A DNA stretch of 15,372 bases from Octopus sinensis. Taxonomy: Eukaryota. Every line of letters starts with the position of its first letter. Within the stretch, counting starts at the first letter, position 1. Shown here piece by piece: positions 1 through 8,531 of the stretch. Location: NCBI RefSeq assembly GCF_006345805.1, contig NW_021825553.1:1-15372 (forward strand), written 5' to 3'. Made by a program: the position numbers and the translations under genes. The notes under the pieces are model-generated. The model was not told where the DNA came from. It saw only the letters and a list, made by a program, of their open reading frames with translations, and made no database searches.

Positions 1-15
1 TATATACACTACATA

Positions 16-760
16 TATTTCTTTACTACCCACAAGGAGCTAAATACAGAGGGGACAAACAAGGACAGACAAAGGGATTAAGTCGATTACATCAATCCCA
101 GTGCGTAACTGGTATTTGAACTCAGAATTTGAACTCAGAACGTAACGGCAGACGAAATACGTATTTCTTTATTACCCAGAAGGGGCTAAACACAGAGGGG
201 ACAAACAAGGACAGACAAAGGGATTAAGTCGATTACATCGATCCCAGTGCGTAACTGGTACTTAATTTATCGACCCCGAAAGGATGAAAGGTAAAGTCAA
301 CCTCGGCGGAATTTGAACTCAGAACGTAACAGCAGACGAAATACGTATTTCTTTATTACCCACAAGGGGCTAAACACAGAGGGGACAAACAAGGACAGAC
401 ATAGGTATTAAGTCGATTACATCGACCCCAGTGCGTAACTGGTACTTATTTAATCGACCCCGAAAGGATGAAAGGTAAAGTCAACCTCGGCGGAATTTGA
501 ACTCAGAACGTAACAGCAGACGAAATACGTATTTCTTTATTACCCACAAGGGGCTAAACACAGAGGGGACAAACAAGGACAGACATAGGTATTAAGTCGA
601 TTAAATCAACCCCAGTGCGTAACTGGTACTTATTTAATCGACCCCGAAAGGATGAAAGGTAAAGTCGACCTCGGCGGAATTTGAACTCAGACCGTAACGG
701 CAGACGAAATACGGCTACGCATTTCGCCCAGCCTGCTAACGTTTCTGCCAGCTCGCCGCC
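16..760 (-). mobile_element. tRNA-headed SINE (family A): one head plus four tandem body units (146, 184, 184, about 184 bp)
   Basis: The minus strand starts GGCGGCGAGCTGGCAGAAACGTTAGC at 760 (A-box-like) and has a B-box-like GAGTTCAAATTCC in each unit. Units restart at 16, 162, 346 and 530. Close match to the plus-strand copy at 14197. Confidence 0.9.
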
Positions 761-809
761 TTCAAATATATACATACATAGATACATTCACACACATATG
801 TGTTAATAA

Positions 810-1000
810 TAATAATAGGAGCACTTGGTTTAGTGACTAAATACCTACGTGATACTCTGGAAACGCAAGCGGAACTTAAAGAATATGCAAGACATTTCTC
901 AAAATGTGACATCGTTTCTGACATCTACATTCCAAAGACGGATCTTAGGATCTTTGTAAGAAATAAGTTCCTTCCTTACAGGAAGACTTCAAATAATTAA
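810..1000 (+). pseudogene. Possible decayed C-terminal fragment of a restriction-like-endonuclease non-LTR retrotransposon (R4/Dong-like)
   Basis: The ORF reads IGALGLVTKYLRDTLE. Downstream DNA ATTCCAAAGACGGATCTTAGGATC can be read with small changes as IQKTALLGS. Together these resemble the GALG...QKxALLGT C-terminus of these LINEs. Weak, from recall only. Confidence 0.3.
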
Positions 1001-1021
1001 AAGTATTTAGAAAAGAACACA

Positions 1022-1037
1022 CGCGCGCGCGCGCGCG
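1022..1037. repeat. (CG)8 tract
   Basis: CGCGCGCGCGCGCGCG read directly, next to an AC run. Confidence 0.9.
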
Positions 1038-1212
1038 AACGCCTTTACATATATTCACGTTGTCTTTTGTTTGTTTTATTTTTATTAATGAAAGAAATTA
1101 TGATTGATATCTATTCTTGATTGTATTCCTTGAAACGATGCTGGTAAAAGAAAGAACTCAGCCAACGAGAAACTCTGGCTGCTGTCTTAATCTGTCACCC
1201 GACGGGCTTCAA

Positions 1213-1330
1213 ACACACACACACACCACACACTCGCACGCACACACTCACACACTCGCACACACACACTCACGCACACTCACACACACACCACACACAC
1301 ACACACACGCACACACATACACACACACAT
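1213..1330. repeat. Imperfect (CA)n microsatellite
   Basis: CA/CG/CT interrupted dinucleotide run. Confidence 0.9.
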
Positions 1331-1336
1331 ATATAT

Positions 1337-1649
1337 GGAGGCGTAATGGCCCAGTGGTTAGGGCAGCGGACTCGCGGTCGGAGGATCGCGGTTTCGATTC
1401 CCAGACCGGGCGTTGTGAGTGTTTATTGAGCGAAAACACCTAAAAGCTCCACGAGGCTCCGGCAGGGGTGGGGGTGGGGTGGCGACCCCGTATTGTACTC
1501 TTTCTCTCCAACTTTCTCTCACTCTCTCTTCCTGTTTCTTGAGTAACGCTGCGATGGACTGGAGTCCCGTCCAGCTGGGGGAAACACATATGCTACAGAA
1601 ACCAGGAAAACGGGGCCCATGAGCCTGGCTAGGCTTGAAAAGGGTGCAT
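1337..1649 (+). mobile_element. tRNA-headed SINE (family B), copy 1 with variant central segment
   Basis: A box TGGCCCAGTGG at 1347-1357 and B-box-like GTTTCGATTCC at 1391-1401. The 3' part GAGTAACGCTGCGATGGACTGG...GGCTAGGCTT.AAAAGGG.GCAT is shared with the copy at 3578-3824. Confidence 0.85.
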
Positions 1650-1675
1650 AAATAAAATAAATATATATATATATA

Positions 1676-2296
1676 GCCTCATCTGGCACCTGTGTCGGTG
1701 GCACATAAAAACACCTTCCGAAGACCCGGCAAGACTAGTCAGTCCACCTGTGCATACCTTCCTTCTTGTGACACTTGTGAAGACCGGTTGAGGCAAGTGA
1801 AAATCAAAATCAAATCAAATCAAAATAGACAAAATAGATGAACATCATGGAATTTGTATCTTGTGGTACCAGTGCCTGTGGCACACAAGAAATCCATCAG
1901 TGCTGTAGTCAGTGCGGTGGGCACATGAAAACACCATCCGATCGTGGCCGTTCGCCAGCCTCATCTAGCACCTGTGTCGGTGGCACATAAAAAACACCAT
2001 CCGAAGACCCGGCAAGACTAGTCAGGCCATAACCCATGGCCCCTACCTGGGACGTAGTCAGTCCACCTGTGCATACCTTCTTCTTGTGACACTTGTGAAG
2101 ACCTGTTGAGGCAAGTGAAAATCAAAACAAATCAAAATAGATGAACATCAATGGAATTTGTATCTTTGTGGTACCAGTGCCGGTGGCACGTGGCACATAA
2201 GAAAACCATCCGAACGTGGCCGTAGCCAGTACCGCATCGACTGGCCTCCGTGCTGTGGGCACGTAACAAGCACCATCCGATCGTGGCCGTTTGCCA
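1676..2296 (+). repeat. Two-unit tandem duplication (1676-1957, 282 bp; 1958-2296, 339 bp)
   Basis: Both units begin GCCTCATCT.GCACCTGTGTCGGTGGCACATAAAA..CACC.TCCGAAGACCCGGCAAGACTAGTCA and share the AAATCAAA and GAATTTGTATC blocks. Confidence 0.9.
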
Positions 2297-2586
2297 GCCT
2301 CATCTGGCACCTGTGTCGGTGGCACATAAAAACACCATCCGAGCGTGGCCGTCTGCCAGCCTCGTCTGGCACCTGTGTCGGTGGCACATAAAAACACCAT
2401 CCGAGCGTGGCCGTCTGCCAGCCTCATCTGGCACCTGTGTCGGTGGCACATAAAAAAACACCATCCGAGCGTGGCCGTCTGCCAGCCTCGTCTGGCACCT
2501 GTGTCGGTGGCACATAAAAAACACCATCCGAGCGTGGCCGTTTGCCAGCCTCGTCTGGCACCTGTGTCGGTGGCACATAAAATCAC
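2297..2586 (+). repeat. 62-64-bp minisatellite, about 4.6 near-identical units
   Basis: Unit GCCTCRTCTGGCACCTGTGTCGGTGGCACATA(A)nCACCATCCGAGCGTGGCCGTYTGCCA starts at 2297, 2359, 2421, 2485 and 2548. Confidence 0.95.
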
Positions 2587-2732
2587 CCACTACACTCTCG
2601 GAGTGGTTGGCGTTAGGAAGGGCATCCAGCTGTAGAAACACTGCCAGATCTGACTGGACTGGTGCAGCTTTCGGGCTCCCCAGACCCCAGTTGAACCGTC
2701 CAACCCATGCTAGCATGGAAAGCGGACGTTAA

Positions 2733-2765
<33 letters not shown>

Positions 2766-3083
2766 TACGTGTGTGTGTCTTCTATTTTTAGTTATTTGAA
2801 GTCACACAAAGAGAGCTATATATACATATTTCATTTACGTGAGCATAATGTTTGTATGAAGAATGTTAAGCACATGCATACATACATTCATACATACATA
2901 CATACACACAGACAGACAAAAATGCAGATTCGGAAGAAGGGCATGAATCATTTTGTGACTAGGGGCACGCTCGTTTGAATCGCCTGAACGATGACACGTA
3001 GCGAAAACTTCCGAGTAGCGTCGTAGTGAATCATCCGCTTCTTCCATATTGAGTACTTGTTTTATTGTGTCACCAACCCTAAT

Positions 3084-3084
3084 G

Positions 3085-3138
<54 letters not shown>

Positions 3139-3180
3139 TATATATAATATATATATATATATAATATAATATATATAATA
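3084..3180. repeat. Interrupted (TA)n tract
   Basis: Direct reading. Confidence 0.9.
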
Positions 3181-3570
3181 CTAGCAGTATCGCCCGGCGT
3201 TGCTCAGGTTTGTAAGGGAAATAACTATAAAGCATTTTTAGAGAGTTATAGCAAAAAAATAGCAAAAAAATGGAAAAAAAAATGATGGTAAATTTTTTTT
3301 GAGAGTTAAAAAAGGTCGAGTTGCGTCCCCTAGACAGTCTGGGGTGTGTTTTCTGATTCTCGACCCCATGTCGAATTTATCGATTTTTTCATAACTGGGG
3401 GAACTTTTCAAAATTTTCGCTGCGTTAGTTTTGAATTATGACATTGGGCTATGTGTGTGTCAAGTTTCATCAGAATCGGTTGAAAGCCGTGGTCAGGGTG
3501 AGGGTTACAACCTCACAGACACACAGAAACACACACAGACAAACTGCCGTTTATATATATATATATATAT
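3180..3570 (+). mobile_element. Non-autonomous Helitron/Helentron-type element (Lep1/HINE-like)
   Basis: 5' ACTAGCAGTATCGCCCGGCGTTGCTC. 3' block CAAGTTTCATCAGAATCGGTTGAAAGCCG, a hairpin GTGAGG...CCTCAC (3498-3516), a GACA/CACA microsatellite, then TTTATATA. This layout matches what I recall for Lep1-type Helitron derivatives. Confidence 0.6.
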
Positions 3571-3577
3571 TGTGTGT

Positions 3578-3824
3578 GGAGGTGCGTGGCTTACTGGTTA
3601 AGGTGTCAGTATCATCATCGTAACATTGTGGTTTCGATTCCTGGACCGGGCGACGCGTTGTGTTCTTGAGCAAAACACTTCATTTCACGTTGCTCCAGTC
3701 CACTCAGCTGCCAAAAATGAGTAACGCTGCGATGAACTGGCGTCCAGTCCAGATGGGGAACACATACGCCATTGAAACCGGGAAACCGCGCGTATGAACC
3801 TGGCTAGGCTTTAAAAGGGCGCAT
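3578..3824 (+). mobile_element. tRNA-headed SINE (family B), copy 2
   Basis: Head GGAGGTGCGTGGCTTACTGGTTAAGG...GGTTTCGATTCC. CORE-like GTGTTCTTGAGCAAAACACTTCATTTCAC. V-domain-like CTGCGATGAACTGGCGTCC.GTCCAG. Tail shared with copy 1. Confidence 0.85.
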
Positions 3825-3826
3825 TT

Positions 3827-3827
<1 letters not shown>

Positions 3828-3893
<66 letters not shown>

Positions 3894-3965
3894 TATATAT
3901 ACACATATATACATACAAACTATATATATATATATACATACATACATACCTACATACGTACATAC

Positions 3966-3996
<31 letters not shown>

Positions 3997-4029
3997 CACA
4001 CATATATACATACATACAAACATATATAT

Positions 4030-4090
<61 letters not shown>
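3828..4090. repeat. Compound (TA)n/(CATA)n/(CA)n microsatellite
   Basis: Direct reading; source of the ORFs at 3704-4089. Confidence 0.95.
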
Positions 4091-4094
<4 letters not shown>

Positions 4095-5098
4095 TTACAG
4101 CTTCCTACTCTCGGATGGACAGTGGACGGTCGGGAAGAATAACAATTTGTTGGCGTCGAAGGTTTTTTACGATATCGAAGTTACGAGAAAAATTCGATTA
4201 GCTGAAAGTCTCTGTATAGCTCACGGTTAGCAACAAGAAAAACCAGTTTAAAACACCATGCTATGCTCTTATAATAACAATAACAGAAGAGCGTAGATAT
4301 ATGCATAACAGGAAAAGAAAACACAATGCCCAATCCAAATATGAATTTTTTAAACACAAAAATCGACTAGATTATGGCAAAGAGACAACAGTTCACTCAA
4401 AGTAGCAGCCCTCATCTTCAAGAAGGCTCCTGAACCTGGCGCATGCGCTCCTGATTGTGTCCCTGTGAAGATCTTCGAACACCTTCTTGATCTTGGACAC
4501 CAGCCCGGTCTTAGCGTTGCGGGTAGAGCGGTTTGTGTCTTTCTCAACCGCGTCCAACACATCGAAATCCATGAGATTACAATTGAGGAATAAGGGGGCC
4601 AGAAACTGGGTCTGGGTGAAGTCGTAGAAGTCCTCCGACAACCACGTCTCACTCTTTCCGGAAGTATAGCAAGGGGCCAAACCATGCTGCCACTCTCTCT
4701 CCAGTCAGTCCTTGATCACAGTCTCCAGTCGTCTGAATTGAGCCCAGGGCCCTCTTCTATTACTGTTGGATTGACCCCCAGCGCAAGGACGCAGTCAGAA
4801 CGTCTGCTATGACCCTTTCTGTTGACTACAGCTTCGTAGTTCCCGTTACAGCTGTCCATGACACATGTTGCAACCTTTGCAGGGTTCACAGAATATCGAG
4901 CAGCAGCTATGATGCCGGCATTTTGATGCTCGACGCGGATCTTCATGATACGGAAAACTTCTTTCCAATATTCAGATAGTTTTCAGGACTTTATGTCAGC
5001 TAAGTTTTTTTCAACTACAACTTTAATGTTTATGCTCTCCAACGCCGCTGAGTGTTCACCAATACACCAAAATCGTCAAATTTAGCCTGGACATCCTG
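4091..5098 (-). mobile_element. Internally deleted Tc1/mariner DD37D (maT-type) DNA transposon remnant
   Basis: The minus-strand end TA|CAGGATGTCCAGGCTAAATTTGAC at 5098 is a typical Tc1/mariner TIR start. N-terminal fragment MKIRVEHQNAGIIAAA...RKGHSRRSDCV. C-terminal fragments QHGLAPCYTS..WLSEDFYDF, WPPYS (frameshifted) and NCNLMDFDV...IRSACARFR..EGCYFE, with 37 residues between the mutated D2 position and D3. The left TIR is not clearly recognisable. Confidence 0.8.
4393..4946 (-). pseudogene. maT/DD37D transposase pseudogene (large internal deletion, stop codon, frameshifts)
   Basis: ORFs 4716-4946, 4393-4680 and 4350-4685 each carry parts of the transposase. Only about 550 bp remain of a gene that is normally about 1 kb. 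Confidence 0.75.
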
Positions 5099-5100
5099 TA

Positions 5101-5115
5101 TACACACACACACAC

Positions 5116-5159
<44 letters not shown>

Positions 5160-5213
5160 TCATACACAAACACACACTCACACACACATACACAAGCGCA
5201 TACATATATATAT
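5101..5213. repeat. (CA)n microsatellite with TA end
   Basis: Direct reading. Confidence 0.9.
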
Positions 5214-5498
5214 GAAGGCGTGAAATCGTAATGATCTTTTGGACGATAACTGACGAGGAATGAGCAACGTCCCGTCTCGTGTGTGAATTTTCCGTTTGGC
5301 TCTTTGTTGTGTTTCTGATTAAATTGTTGCAACTTATTACTTAATGTAACGCCGCGTAGTTTTACATATTCGGCAGAATAAACTTCATACCTTATTTTAA
5401 TGTACGCATGTATATTTATATATTTCCCATTTGGTATTACTTTTAGCCTTTGTTCACGCATACATTCAGTGACACACGCACACACATAGTTGAAATGT

Positions 5499-5534
5499 CT
5501 TTTACGTTTCGAGCCTGTGCTCTTCAGCAGAAAG
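5499..5534 (-). ncRNA. Minimal type I hammerhead ribozyme motif (A6C core variant)
   Basis: Minus strand: CTTT-CTGCTGA-A-GAGC ACAG GCTC-GAAA-CG-TA-AAAG. Stem I 4 bp, stem II 4 bp plus tetraloop, palindromic stem III ACGT, GUA site. Confidence 0.8.
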
Positions 5535-5760
5535 GAATAAGAGGAGCTACAGAGAGAGAGAGAGACTAAAAAACGTGAAGAGTTCAGCGGTCGATACATA
5601 TGTATGCATGCATACATGTATGTATGTATGTGTATGTATGTATGTATGTATTATATATATATACTTACATGGAAATGGATGCGTGGCGTTCAATCATATA
5701 AAATAATTATATAGGCATATATACTACATATATGTACATACTGACATATATATGTATGTA

Positions 5761-5815
<55 letters not shown>

Positions 5816-5849
5816 TAAATAAAAAATAAATAATAAAATAAAACATATT

Positions 5850-6065
5850 ATATATGCCTAAATGGGTTCAGGAGGGCACAAAATGTAAACAACATGAAAT
5901 ACGAAGGCAAACTTGGGTATGGGGACAACGAGAGAAACAAATGGAAAACAGGACAAGCAACATAAAGAACGAACCCTTCATCAGTTGCCCGCTGATTATC
6001 TACTCCACATTTCGAGCAATTTCGAGAAAACAGTTGTTCCCGCAAGTCAAAATAAAATTTGGGAT
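5850..6065 (-). mobile_element. Probable Penelope-like terminal-repeat fragment with isolated CTGATGA half-core
   Basis: A-rich block between TA/TG microsatellites, similar in composition to 9831-9994 and 11988-12196. Minus-strand CTGATGAAGGG at 5978-5984 has no matching downstream GAAA. Confidence 0.35.
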
Positions 6066-6066
6066 T

Positions 6067-6201
6067 ATGTATGTATGCGTGTGTGTATGCATGTATGTAA
6101 GTAAGTATGTATGTATGTGTGTGTGTATGTATGTATGTATGTGTGTATGTATGTGTGTATGTGTGTATGTATGTATGTACGTGTTTGTTTGTGTGTGTGT
6201 G
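6067..6201. repeat. (TATG)n/(TG)n microsatellite
   Basis: Direct reading. Confidence 0.9.
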
Positions 6202-6517
6202 CGAAAGTGCATAGCCAGGTGTTAGTTTGTCGCTCTCACGATCGCAAGATCGTGGGCTCGATTCCCAGACCGAGCAACGTGTTGTGTTCTTGAGCAAAAC
6301 ACTTCATTTCACATTGCTCCAGTCCACTCAACTGTAGATGGGTCGGTCAACCCTTCAACAGATTATTCTTCCGATCAGTTGCGGCGAGGCGGGGGGGACG
6401 GATGTTGGCCTGCTTACCAAACCAGCAGGGTGGCACCATTCGAAAGCTAAAACTAAGTGACGCGCATTGTGACCATCGATGCATAACAGCATCCAATAGT
6501 CTGGTCCATCACGTGAT
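6202..6517 (+). mobile_element. Older SINE family B copy (degraded head, different 3' part)
   Basis: GGCTCGATTCCCAGACCGAGCAACGTGTTGTGTTCTTGAGCAAAACACTTCATTTCACATTGCTCCAGTCCACTCAACTG aligns with copy 2. Homology is clear to about 6335; the extension to 6517 is uncertain. Confidence 0.7.
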
Positions 6518-7130
6518 GTATGATAGCATGTATATACACACACACACACACACACACTTGTATGTACACCATAGAGTGCATTATAATTATACATAGGAAA
6601 ATATTTTCCCATAGAAGCGTTCGATTTATCATTTGGTTAGCGACATAAGTCAGCTTTGAGAATGGTTTCCCTCTTCGGGTTGTGTAAAATCATAAATTCA
6701 ATCAAAAGATTGAATTTACAAAATCGTTTACAACGGATAAATGTGCCGAAAAACCGACACTTTTATACCCACCCGAAGAAGCCTACCTAACGAAGAAAAC
6801 TATATCTCAAAATGTTCAATGTGGAATTCAATTTCTAGACGTATAATTAGCTGGTAATTAAACACATATGTACTTTACACTCCACATCTTAATTAGTTTT
6901 AGCGCGGTATTTCTTTCCAATAAAGTTTCTCAACACGTTTTTGAATAAATTACGAATTGGGCTGCAGCAGATGTTTATATCTGAACTGGTCGGTGTCTGA
7001 GTTCTGTTAAACGTGGATTCGTTTTCCGTCTGAGGAACAGACGATGCATCGAGGAAACTCCTGAGCAGGTCAGAAGTAAGCTACGGAATCAGCCCCCCCC
7101 CAAAAAAAAACCCCATACATATGTATATTG

Positions 7131-7272
7131 GCATACATACATACAAACATACATACACACATACAAACATACATACACACATACATACATACAAACATAC
7201 ATACATACATACTTACATACATATATACATACATACATACATACTTACATACATATATACATATATACATAC

Positions 7273-7303
<31 letters not shown>

Positions 7304-7352
7304 CATACATACATACATACATACATACATACATACATACTTACATACATAT
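7131..7352. repeat. (CATA)n microsatellite (reads TATG on the minus strand; possible tail of the adjacent RTE-like element)
   Basis: Direct reading. Confidence 0.95.
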
Positions 7353-7353
7353 A

Positions 7354-7857
7354 TGGTGGCTGCCCCCTCGTTATCGAGTATGGCCATTGCACGAAGCTTA
7401 ATTAATGTTGTTATCGTGCAATGCCTGTGCAAGAAGATTTTTTTTAAAGTAAGGAAAGGCTGTGCACTGAGTTAATCCCACTCACTAAGCAACAGCAGTC
7501 ATAATCCGAAAAGAAGAACAAGTCAACATCATCGGTAACCACTGAGCCGCAGGTTTTATTTCGGAGTTATCCCAGTTACCTGAGTTACCTTCTCCTAGAA
7601 GGATGCCCCAACAAAGGCTAGGAGTCCTTCACTCCCAATGGCTTAACCGCGCGATCGGGTATTCAGTCCGATTATTTCTATGTCCCCGCGCATGATACAG
7701 CCTCAAGACATTTATTGGATGGCCGTTGACTCTCAAGAGTTCCTCCCCCTTTGACGGGTTTTTGTTTTTCATCCCGCAGGTGTCCAATAAACACCCTCCT
7801 CACCAACAAGCTTGGTGGGGTTGCCGGTTTTAGTCGCCCAACGACCGACTATGCAAC
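7354..7857 (-). mobile_element. Short RTE-clade-related non-autonomous retroposon (5' UTR-like part joined to a 3' end)
   Basis: Plus-strand GAGTTACCTTCTCCTAGAAGGATGCCCCAACAAAGGCTAGGAGTCC and GCTGCCCCCTCGTTATCGAGTATG resemble the reverse complements of RTE 5' UTR and 3' end motifs (recall). Abuts a (TATG)n tail. Confidence 0.5.
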
Positions 7858-7903
7858 ACATACATACATACATGCGTATGTATGTGTGTATACACACACA
7901 CAA

Positions 7904-8007
7904 TTTTAACGGTATCTTTTCCATGCTTGCATAAAACGGTAAAAAAGTTTTACTGAGGCAGATTTTCTACGGCCGGATGTTCTTTCTGTCACCAACCCTC
8001 ACCTGTT
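7904..8007 (-). mobile_element. Degenerate 3' fragment related to the 1676-2765 element
   Basis: TTTAACG...TTTCCATGCT.GCAT and TTTCTAC.GC.GGATG..CTT.CT...CCAACC align with the reverse complement of 2605-2732. Confidence 0.65.
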
Positions 8008-8139
8008 GATACGTTTTCGTAGAATATTGGAAATGAATTTACAACATTACGAGATATCAAGACAAGAGAGCACACATACACACGCGTATATATATATATA
8101 TAGATCCGTCGGAATGCGGTCCTTATATTGCTCTTTGTG

Positions 8140-8243
8140 CACCCTGATGATTTTCTATCCAAGGCATTTCAAAATGCAAGATTTTATATTTGCATATGTC
8201 TTGTAGTTTTAATATTGGTTGTGTAACGAAACAATTGTAGGTG
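8140..8243 (+). ncRNA. Type I hammerhead ribozyme motif with intact core and 77-nt stem II insert
   Basis: CACC(8140-43)-CTGATGA(8144-50)-77 nt-GAAA(8228-31)-CAATTG-T-A(8239)-GGTG(8240-43). Stem I CACC/GGTG, palindromic stem III ACAATTGT, GUA site. Confidence 0.75.
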
Positions 8244-8435
8244 AATATATTAATTAATTCATTTGTATCCATTAGATCGCCCTGTTTCCAAACTCGATAA
8301 TAATATTTAATATTTTACGATATTTTATATAATACATTCGTTGAAGAAATATCTCTTCAAAATACAATATATTAAACCATTGTACCTTGGATAAAAACAT
8401 CTCTACAGGGGTTTTCAATATCCTCATTGTGACTT

Positions 8436-8457
8436 TATATATATATATATATATATA

Positions 8458-8505
<48 letters not shown>

Positions 8506-8531
8506 ATATAGATATATATTATATATATATA
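8436..8531. repeat. Interrupted (TA)n tract, left flank of the mariner
   Basis: Direct reading. Confidence 0.9.

Larger units (their letters stand above)
1676..2765 (+). mobile_element. 3' end of a LINE/SINE with (ATG)11 tail, carrying internal tandem duplications
   Basis: Ends ...GCATGGAAAGCGGACGTTAA(ATG)11 at 2733-2765. Contains GTTGGCGTTAGGAAGGGCATCCAGCTGTAGAAA, a motif type common in retroposon 3' regions. A related degenerate copy lies in opposite orientation at 7904-8007. Confidence 0.7.

Noticed and set aside
2297-2586. CRISPR-like appearance of the 62-bp repeat array
   Set aside because: Units are directly adjacent and near-identical with no unique spacers, there are no cas genes, and the context is eukaryotic.
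2122-2716. Overlapping 67-154 aa ORFs
   Set aside because: They are translations of the 62-bp tandem repeat in several frames, with no protein family resemblance.
2930-3085. Possible DNA transposon 5' end (minus TTAGGGTTGGTGAC..., ORF MEEADDSLRRY)
   Set aside because: No second TIR and no recognisable transposase motif.
4089-4105. Left TIR of the maT element
   Set aside because: CAGAGTTTACAGCT matches the right TIR CAGGATGTCCAGGCT only loosely, so the left boundary remains approximate.
5247-5300. CTGACGA as a hammerhead core
   Set aside because: No GAAA plus UH plus stem I arrangement downstream.
5978-6030. Type II hammerhead on the minus strand (GAAA upstream of CTGATGA)
   Set aside because: No valid stem III, UH site and stem I could be built; kept only as a half-core.
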